A stretch of 64,000 bases of DNA from an uncultured delta proteobacterium (GTDB taxonomy: Bacteria; Desulfobacterota; Binatia; Binatales; Binataceae), in contig CAWCDG010000004.1 of the NCBI GenBank assembly GCA_963794325.1, forward strand, positions 992,001 through 1,056,000, given 5' to 3'. Below are positions 57,114-64,000 of this stretch, piece after piece. The notes beneath the pieces are model-generated. The model saw only the letters and a program-made list of their open reading frames with translations, was not told the DNA's origin and ran no database searches. A program made the translations under genes and the position numbers. The stretch's first letter is position 1; each line of letters opens with the position of its first letter.

Positions 57114-58814
57114 TTGGATTCTAGTCGAGTACTGCTTGCGGTTATTTTGTCGATCGTGCTCGTGGTTGCTTACCAGGAGCTGGTGCTGAAGCGGTTTTTT
57201 CCGCCGCCGACTGAACAGCAGCAGCAGGCGGCCGAGCAGGCGAAGGCCAAAGCGGCACAGGGGAATGTGCTCGGCAACGGGCAGGCGACTGGCACTGCGG
57301 TTCCTGAAGCGGCTGGTACTGCCGCGGCGAGGGGACAGCAATCCACTCCGATGACCTCGATGGCGTCGGTGCCTGAGCGGACTGTCGAAGTTGATTCCGA
57401 CTTTTACGTCGCTGTGTTTACTACCCATGGCGCGCGGCTGAAGAGTTTCACGCTCAACAAATATCGGCAGTCGCCCGACAAGAACAGTCCGCCTTACGAG
57501 ATGGTGCAGACCAAGCCGGGAGGGCATCTGCCGCTGGGCGCGGTGATCAGGCGTAGCGGGGAAATTATCGACGACAGCGATCTCAGTTACGATACGAATG
57601 CGCCCGCGAAAATACATCCGGCGGCCGGAGCGGGCGCTACGCTGAGCTTCAGCGCCAAGGCCGCCGACGGCACGACTATCACCAAGACTTTCACGTTCAA
57701 ACCGTCGAGCTACGTATTTTCCATGGACGTGGCTGCCACTGGCGGTCCGGCGGTGAGCCAGCTCGGCGTGTCGATGAGCCAGCCGCTGACGGCGCATGAG
57801 GGGTACTACGATATCCCCGAATTGCAGGCCGACGTTAGCGACAAGGTGATCACCCACAACGAGAAGAGCATGAAGACCCTGAAGCCGGAAGATGCGACGA
57901 GCACGGGTCCGATTACATACGCGGGCTTCGGCGATCGGTATTTCCTGGCGGTCTTTTTGCCGATGGATCCGAAGGTGGGCACGCTCACGATGGCATTCGC
58001 GGGCGATGAAGCGATCGCGCGAATCCTGTTTGACGGCGCGACGCGCACCCATGATGAGATCTACATGGGGCCGAAGCTGCTCGACGCGCTGGAAGCGGTG
58101 AATCCGGCGCTGCACAAGGCGATCGATTTCGGCTGGGCGGGAATCCTGGCGCTGATTTTTCTGCGGACGCTGAAAGTTTTCCATTACATCGCGCCCAACT
58201 ACGGCGTCGATATTATTTTGCTGACGGTGTCGATTCGAATCGCGTTCCTGCCGATATCGATCAAAAGCCAGCGCTCGATGATGAAGATGCAGCGCTTGCA
58301 GCCGCAGATTCAGCGGCTGCGCGACAAGCTCAAGGACAACAACGAGCAGTTGCAGAAGGAGATGGTCGATCTCTACAAGCGCAATCACGTCAATCCGCTG
58401 GGCGGATGCGCGCCGATGGCGCTGCAGTTGCCGATTTTCATCGGTTTGTACGAGGCGCTGCTGAACTCGGTCGAGTTGCGGCATGCGCCATTCGTCGCCT
58501 GGATAAATGATCTGTCGACGCCCGACTGTCTGCATATTTCCTGGATGCCGCAGCTTCCGCTGACCCATTGCCATGGCCTGCCGGTGCTGGTGCTGCTGAT
58601 GGGGGTGACCAGTTTTCTGCAACAGTACATGACGCCGACCACGCCCGATCCGAATCAGCAGCGGATGATGATGCTGACGCCGCTGATTTTCACGATCATG
58701 CTGATAAACTTTCCAGCCGGGCTGGCTTTGTACTATTTTTCATCGAACCTGCTGGGCGTTATCCAGCAATACTTTCTCAACCGCGAATTCCAACAATACA
58801 CGCCGGCTACATGA
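57114..58814 (+). CDS. yidC: Membrane protein insertase YidC
   Basis: IDFGW, NYGVDIILLT, VNPLGGCAP..LQLPIFIGLY, WINDLS, FPAGLALYY. Confidence 0.96.
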   Translation: MDSSRVLLAVILSIVLVVAYQELVLKRFFPPPTEQQQQAAEQAKAKAAQGNVLGNGQATGTAVPEAAGTAAARGQQSTPMTSMASVPERTVEVDSDFYVAVFTTHGARLKSFTLNKYRQSPDKNSPPYEMVQTKPGGHLPLGAVIRRSGEIIDDSDLSYDTNAPAKIHPAAGAGATLSFSAKAADGTTITKTFTFKPSSYVFSMDVAATGGPAVSQLGVSMSQPLTAHEGYYDIPELQADVSDKVITHNEKSMKTLKPEDATSTGPITYAGFGDRYFLAVFLPMDPKVGTLTMAFAGDEAIARILFDGATRTHDEIYMGPKLLDALEAVNPALHKAIDFGWAGILALIFLRTLKVFHYIAPNYGVDIILLTVSIRIAFLPISIKSQRSMMKMQRLQPQIQRLRDKLKDNNEQLQKEMVDLYKRNHVNPLGGCAPMALQLPIFIGLYEALLNSVELRHAPFVAWINDLSTPDCLHISWMPQLPLTHCHGLPVLVLLMGVTSFLQQYMTPTTPDPNQQRMMMLTPLIFTIMLINFPAGLALYYFSSNLLGVIQQYFLNREFQQYTPAT

Positions 58815-59812
58815 GTAAAATGGACTCGATAGAAATCACGGGAATCTCGGTAGACGAGGCAGTCAAAGAAGCGCTCGAGCAGCTTGGCGCAACCGAAGAC
58901 GAGGTGTCATTCGAAGTGCTGGTGACACCGCGGGTGGGCATGCTCGGACTGGGGACGCGCTACGCGAAGGTGCGAGTGACGCGCAAGAGCGCGCTGGCCG
59001 CCGCAAATCCACCGAAGGCATCGCAGCCGGCGCAAGGTGCGCAACCGCAAGCGCGCAACCAAGGCGCGCCGGAAGGGCGTCCTCGCGGCCGCGAGAATCA
59101 ACGGCGCGGGCGGGGTGACACTCGGGCGCGCCAGAATCCACCGGCGTCCACCGCCGAGGATGATAGCGGTGCGGCCGGGCGCAAGAGCGCCGATCTCGAG
59201 GAGCAGCGCCGCGAGGCGATGGAGATCCTCAAGCAGATTCTCGAGAAGATGGGCGAGCCGACTGACGTGCGTCAGATCGAAGTCGATGCGGATACCGTCG
59301 AGATCGAGATAAAAGGCGACGGATCCGGGATTCTGATCGGACGGCATGGACAGACCCTCGACGCGCTCGAGTACATCGTGAATCGTATCCTGGCACGGCG
59401 AATCAAGGATGCGGCGCCAATTTCGCTCGAGACCGAATCGTACCGCGCGCGACGCCGCCAGCAATTGCATCGGATGGCGCTGTCGATGGGCGAGAAGGCC
59501 AAACGCGAGCATAAGCCGGTGCGCCTCGAGCCGATGCCGCCGCGCGAACGCCGCGTGGTGCATCTGGCGTTGAAGGACGATCCAATGGTCACGACGCGAT
59601 CGGCGGGCGACGGGATCATGCGATCGATCGAGATCGTGCCGGCGGATGGCGGGCGTGCGCAGCCGCGCGCAGACGGGCAGAATCGCGGGCGTCGGCGCGA
59701 TCCCGAGCGAACGCCTCGCGAGCCGGAGGTTGAGAGAATCGAGCCTGAGCGCGGGAATGAGGCGATTGGCGAGCAAGGGGGATTCAAGCACGGTCAGAAG
59801 CGGATTGTGTAG
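58811..59812 (+). CDS. jag: RNA-binding protein Jag/EloR (KH and R3H domains)
   Basis: Jag_N SVDEAVKEAL; KH LIGRHGQTLDALEY; R3H RERRVVHLAL; ATGA overlap with yidC. Confidence 0.94.
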   Translation: MSKMDSIEITGISVDEAVKEALEQLGATEDEVSFEVLVTPRVGMLGLGTRYAKVRVTRKSALAAANPPKASQPAQGAQPQARNQGAPEGRPRGRENQRRGRGDTRARQNPPASTAEDDSGAAGRKSADLEEQRREAMEILKQILEKMGEPTDVRQIEVDADTVEIEIKGDGSGILIGRHGQTLDALEYIVNRILARRIKDAAPISLETESYRARRRQQLHRMALSMGEKAKREHKPVRLEPMPPRERRVVHLALKDDPMVTTRSAGDGIMRSIEIVPADGGRAQPRADGQNRGRRRDPERTPREPEVERIEPERGNEAIGEQGGFKHGQKRIV

Positions 59813-59833
59813 GGCGGGGAACGAAGGAACTTA

Positions 59834-59972
59834 ATTGTAAGCGGAACCCACCGTGGGTTCCGCACCTCCCTCGGCAGGGGTGACCCCTGCACCCAGTATT
59901 AAAAGAAAGATGCGGGACTTCGTCCCTGTTAGAAGTTCGTGAGGCGGAGGCTTTTCTTCGCGTCCGGTTCCC
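59834..59972 (-). repeat. Family A element (T3, H2) with family E remnant
   Basis: GCGGAACCCACCGTGGGTTCCGC, core at 59873, GGGACTTCGTCCC; linker matches 35633-35665. Confidence 0.9.
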
Positions 59973-59980
59973 CACCTATT

Positions 59981-60120
59981 CCCTCGCCCTCTCGTGGGGA
60001 GAGGGACATTTGTGTGGCGCGGTTGTCTGTTGCGCTACACTCTTCAGAATCCCGGAAAATTTGGTCCCTCACCCGGCGCTCGAAGACGAGCGTCGACCTC
60101 TCCACACATGGGGAGAGGGG
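59981..60120. repeat. CCCTC..GGGAGAGGG-type REP-like doublet (family F)
   Basis: CCCTCGCCCTCTCGTGGGGAGAGGG and CCCTCACCCGG..GACCTCTCCACACATGGGGAGAGGG; architecture resembles the family C arms; single copy in the window. Confidence 0.55.
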
Positions 60121-60152
60121 AAGAAGGAGCGGGACGGCATAAGGAAAATAGG

Positions 60153-60190
60153 AACGGGCGCGATCCATTTTTGGATCGCGCCCGTTTTTT
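60153..60190 (+). terminator. Rho-independent terminator, possibly bidirectional
   Basis: 15 bp perfect stem AACGGGCGCGATCCA/TGGATCGCGCCCGTT followed by a T run, between convergent jag and DUF1329 genes. Confidence 0.75.
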
Positions 60191-60209
60191 GTTGCGAAGA
60201 GGTTCGCGG

Positions 60210-61526
60210 TTAGAACGAGGCCGCGCGGAACATCGCGTCGGTAGTGAAGAAGCTGCGATCGACGGCGCCCATATTGATGTACCAGCATTCGCGCTCAGGC
60301 GTCTCGAGGCCCGGCAGATAGCACATCGTCGCGAGGCCCGATTGCACGTCGGTCGAGACTGCGCCTACGACGAACGATCGCTTGAACGGATAGATTGCGA
60401 CCTTGGCGTCGGGCACCGGGCGGTCGCGAGTGGCCAGCCAATATATGTGGGAGCGGAAGAGGTGGCCGGCCTGATCGTAGGTGTCGATGTAAGGCTCGAA
60501 CCACATTTCGCTGTCCATGAAGATGACGGTGCGCGAATCAAGCGCGTTGACCCGCGAGCGATCGGGCAGCGCCTGCACGATGTACATGTGGCGCATCTCC
60601 CATGCCTCGGGGCATGCGCTGGCGCCGCCGTCGGTGGGGCATCGCTGCTCAGGCGAATGCTCGGCGTGGATAGTCGCGAGCATGTTCTTCTCGCCGAGGA
60701 ATTTGTAGTAGTACTGCTCGGTCTTGGGATTGAAGCCCGAGTAGTGATCCGGATCCCATGCATGAGCGGAAGTACCGCCGGCCGTGGTCGATGAGCTCAT
60801 GATGGACTCGTTGACGCGGCGGATGCGGCGCGAGCCCGCACTGAGGCTCCAGATGTCATCGCCACGTTTCGGATCGGCATAACGCCATCGGATGAAGCCG
60901 GTTCCTCGAATCTCCTGCGGAGAGAGGATTGGATACAGGCCGAACAGCCAATAGCGGCCGGTGGTCTTGAAATCCGGGTCGGTGGGTATCGGCTCGACTT
61001 CGGTGCGGCCGACGAGGTCATAGCCGGCGTAGTGTCCGATTTGGAAATACTCGATTTGGCCGGTCTGCGGGCCCTTCTTCTGATACTCGGAATCGCAGTC
61101 GTAGAAGCGCAGATCGTAGTCGTCCGAGGTGATTGGGCGGAACACGTTGTTCCAGATGACCTTGACGGCGACGTCGGGGTCGTTGGCGTCGATCAACGGG
61201 AACGGCTGACCGGCGACAAAGCCGACGATCGAGCGCTTATCCTGTGAGAGACGGACCTGCGAGGAATATTTTTCGGTCGCATCCTTGTAGGGAGGCGGCC
61301 AATCGACGCGCTGGGTGGGCACGATTTTCATCGACATGCCGCGCTCGACTTTGTAATAGACACCGGGGCCTACGAGATCTCTAACCTTGGTTGCATTCTC
61401 CGGCGTGATGAAATCGCCGGGTTTGACCTGAGCGAATCCTGGGGAGCATAGCGCGCCAATCGCTAGCACCACCAAGGCCGCAACGGTCGTCGTGATAGTT
61501 GACGAGAAAGTCTTCTGCCTACGCAT
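60210..61526 (-). CDS. DUF1329 family exported protein
   Basis: Signal peptide, PGDFITPENA, YKDATEKYS, AGQPFP, SRRIRR, YDQAGHLFR. Confidence 0.82.
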   Translation of the reverse strand: MRRQKTFSSTITTTVAALVVLAIGALCSPGFAQVKPGDFITPENATKVRDLVGPGVYYKVERGMSMKIVPTQRVDWPPPYKDATEKYSSQVRLSQDKRSIVGFVAGQPFPLIDANDPDVAVKVIWNNVFRPITSDDYDLRFYDCDSEYQKKGPQTGQIEYFQIGHYAGYDLVGRTEVEPIPTDPDFKTTGRYWLFGLYPILSPQEIRGTGFIRWRYADPKRGDDIWSLSAGSRRIRRVNESIMSSSTTAGGTSAHAWDPDHYSGFNPKTEQYYYKFLGEKNMLATIHAEHSPEQRCPTDGGASACPEAWEMRHMYIVQALPDRSRVNALDSRTVIFMDSEMWFEPYIDTYDQAGHLFRSHIYWLATRDRPVPDAKVAIYPFKRSFVVGAVSTDVQSGLATMCYLPGLETPERECWYINMGAVDRSFFTTDAMFRAASF

Positions 61527-62137
61527 ACGATAGCCTCCCGAGCGGCGCGCGGCCGCTGTCTCGACCCTTAATTTGGGACATTAGGATCGAGGGATCAAAA
61601 TCGTCAATAATAATTGTGGGAGACCGCAAGAATAGGACGATACTAGTTATACGGTAGATGAGTATGGCTAATGGTCAATGCTGATTCAGTGGATTTAAGC
61701 ACCGACTACAGACTCCCTACTGGTCATTAGGCTGGGCTGCGCAAAGATCGTCGCAGACGCCTGTTTGTGCGATATTCTTCAGCCGACGTGCTGGTTTTAG
61801 GGAATCTCGGCGCATTGGCAACCAATCGACGGGTTTAAGAACGATCGCCCATGATCATTAGTATTATTGCGCGGATAGAGCTTGGTGCGTTCTCTATTAC
61901 AGTTTCGAGGGCAAATACCTCGTATCGCGCTGTAGGCAGTATTAGCTCAAATTCGCATAAGAGCTTCTGATCGCAGATCTCTGTCGAACTAACCGTTCGG
62001 TATTGCTCGTCTAACGGATGTTAGGACAGTGCTGCTTCCGTGATCTCGAGTTCATCGATAGACCCAGAACCGTACAGGTTCTGACTCAGCTTAGGACATT
62101 TTGCGTCTGTGCGGTGCCGTTTGATGGAGAAAACTGA

Positions 62138-62153
62138 TGGCACGCGCGGTGCT
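62138..62153 (+). promoter_or_regulatory. Putative sigma-54 (-24/-12) promoter
   Basis: TGGCACGcgcgGTGCT (GG-N10-GC), 60 nt upstream of the TadG-like ATG, after a long AT-richer spacer. Confidence 0.55.
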
Positions 62154-62212
62154 TTATACGTTGGAAAAAAAGAATGATGAGCAGCGGAGTTCAGCAGGCG
62201 AATCGCGAGGCA

Positions 62213-63475
62213 ATGAGTCGTGATGGCGCTATCAGAGTGTTTACAGCGGCGGCGGCGAGTGAGAGCGGCCAGGTGATGGTGCTGGTGTGCGTCGCGGTGT
62301 TTGCGCTGATGGGCATGATTGCGGTCGTCGCCGATTTCAGCTTCTTGCAGCATCAAAGGAACATGATGCAGACGGCGGCGGATAGCGCAGCGATGGCCGG
62401 CGCGGAGGAGTTGAATTACGGCGATCAGGTGGCGGCGGGCAAAGCGGACGCGGCCCGCAATGGTTACACCGACGGTGTGAGCACCGTCACGGTAAGCATC
62501 AACAATCCTCCGGCCTCGGGACCGAATACCGCGAACGCGGGGTATGTCGAGGCGATCGTCAGCAAGCCGGAGCCCACATATTTTCTGAGCGTGATCGGAA
62601 TCAACACGATGACCGTGTCAGTGCGCGCGGTCGCGTACATGGGCAGCGGCCCGAATTGCATCTATGTGATGGATCCGTCGGCCTCGAGTGCGATGTCGAA
62701 CAACGGCAACGTGACGCTGCTGAGCAGCTGCGGATTGCTGGTGAACTCGAGCGCGTCGAACGGTCTTGCGGTCAACGGCAGCGTGACGATCAGCGCGCCG
62801 ACCATTGGGGTGGTGGGCAACTACACGGTTAGCGGCGGCGCCAGTATTACACCGACACCGAAGACCGGGGTGATTGCAGCGTCCGATCCGTTGGCCTATC
62901 TGCAAGCGCCGACCGTCGGCTCATGCGCTCACACCAATTTTCGCCTGACCGGGACCAGTGGCAGCGTCGGCAGTCCGTATGAGCTCTACGCGGGCACCTA
63001 TTGCGGGGGAATTTCGGTCGGCGGCAACGCCTGGCTGCATTTCAATAGCGGGACGTATGTGCTGGCCGGGGGTGGAATGAACATTAGCGCCAACACAATC
63101 ATGACCGGCAGCAGCCTGACCTTTTACAACACAGCCGGAACCGGTGGTTACGGGCCAATCTCGATAAACGGCAACGCTACAGCGATCTTCAGCGCGCCGA
63201 CCTCCGGCTCACTGGCGGGAATCCTGTTCTTTCAGGATCGCTCGATCCCGAGCTCCGCGGCGGGCAGCACAATAAGCGGAAATTCGGCATCAACTTTCGA
63301 TGGCGCGGTCTATTTTCCGACCACCCAGGTTACTTTCAACGGGAACAGCAGCGTCAGTGGCTACAGTATCGTGGTGGCGGATCGGATGGTGCTGAGCGGC
63401 AACTCACAACTCGGCGACAATTATTCCTCGCTCGCCAACGGCTCACCGTTAAAAGCAACCACGCTGGCAGAATGA
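62213..63475 (+). CDS. TadG-like Flp pilus assembly protein/adhesin
   Basis: ESGQVMVL prepilin-like N-terminus, D....Q.AADSAAMAGA Tad motif, Gly/Ser/Asn-rich beta C-terminus. Confidence 0.85.
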   Translation: MSRDGAIRVFTAAAASESGQVMVLVCVAVFALMGMIAVVADFSFLQHQRNMMQTAADSAAMAGAEELNYGDQVAAGKADAARNGYTDGVSTVTVSINNPPASGPNTANAGYVEAIVSKPEPTYFLSVIGINTMTVSVRAVAYMGSGPNCIYVMDPSASSAMSNNGNVTLLSSCGLLVNSSASNGLAVNGSVTISAPTIGVVGNYTVSGGASITPTPKTGVIAASDPLAYLQAPTVGSCAHTNFRLTGTSGSVGSPYELYAGTYCGGISVGGNAWLHFNSGTYVLAGGGMNISANTIMTGSSLTFYNTAGTGGYGPISINGNATAIFSAPTSGSLAGILFFQDRSIPSSAAGSTISGNSASTFDGAVYFPTTQVTFNGNSSVSGYSIVVADRMVLSGNSQLGDNYSSLANGSPLKATTLAE

Positions 63476-64000
63476 ATACGAACAACACTCTGATTGCGGC
63501 GGCGAGTGAGCGCGGACAAGTGATGGTGCTGGTTTGCGTCTCGCTGATCGCGCTGATGGGCATGATTGCCATCGTCACCGACTTCAGCTTCATGCAGCAT
63601 CAAAAGAACATGATGCAGACCGCGGCGGACAGTGCGGCGATGGCCGGCGCGGAGGAGTTGAATTACGGCGATCAGCTGGCGGCGGGCAAAGCGGACGCGG
63701 CCCGCAATGGTTACACCGACGGCGCTAATAGCGTCACGGTAACCATCAACAATCCTCCTACCTCGGGGCCGAATACGGCCAACTCGGCGTACGTCGAGGC
63801 GATCGTGAGCAAGCCGCAGCCGACATATTTTCTACGCGTGCTCGGGGTCAGCACGATGACGGTGTCGACGCGGGCAGTGGCGTACGAGGGCAACGGTCCC
63901 AACTGCATTTACGCATTGGATCCATCGGCGCCGAGCGCGTTATCGGGTAGCGGCAATTCGACCGTAAGTAGCGGTTGCGGGGTGCTGGTCGATTCGAGCG
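63472..64000 (+). CDS. Second TadG-like protein, partial (runs off the window)
   Basis: MNTNNTLIAAASERGQVMVLVCV..MQTAADSAAMAGAEELNYGDQ; ATGA overlap; close paralog of the upstream gene. Confidence 0.85.
   Translation, partial: MNTNNTLIAAASERGQVMVLVCVSLIALMGMIAIVTDFSFMQHQKNMMQTAADSAAMAGAEELNYGDQLAAGKADAARNGYTDGANSVTVTINNPPTSGPNTANSAYVEAIVSKPQPTYFLRVLGVSTMTVSTRAVAYEGNGPNCIYALDPSAPSALSGSGNSTVSSGCGVLVDSS

Noticed and set aside
4684-59972. Repeats as a CRISPR array
   Set aside because: Copies are dispersed and in both orientations, with no regular repeat-spacer period and no cas genes
61527-62170. oriC in the long AT-richer spacer
   Set aside because: No cluster of DnaA boxes found by eye; better explained as divergent promoters
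1-64000. tRNA, rRNA, transposase or integrase genes
   Set aside because: None recognised by eye; a tRNAscan/Rfam run would be needed to exclude small RNAs

Overview
GC-rich bacterial chromosomal window, about 60 genes, probably from near the replication origin. The gene repertoire (LLM oxidoreductase, DUF1329, tandem Zn-ADH, TadG-like proteins) suggests a Binatia/deltaproteobacterial-type organism, but that is inference. The left half is accessory metabolism, transport and stress genes. The right half holds dprA-topA-trmFO, an ECF42-type sigma/DGPF cluster, mnmE-mnmG-rsmG-parA-parB with four parS sites, and rpmH-rnpA-yidD-yidC-jag, which points away from mnmE with no dnaA next to it. Four things stand out. 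(1) An exported rhodanese has an in-frame UGA in a CxxxxU active-site loop followed by a SECIS-like hairpin, so it is a candidate selenoprotein, next to a SrpA-like catalase and cytochrome b561. (2) An operon of ppx, two divergent thymidylate-kinase-like genes and CHAD/SixA looks like an uncharacterised polyphosphate module. (3) A 12-copy, three-hairpin intergenic element shows extensive compensatory base changes and shuffled head/tail modules, stacks with about five other REP/REPIN-like families, and flanks an apparent inversion of rpmH-jag. (4) Several single-base frameshifts (mnmE, ABC substrate-binding protein, one DGPF gene) are most likely sequencing indels. No rRNA, tRNA, CRISPR array or transposase was seen.
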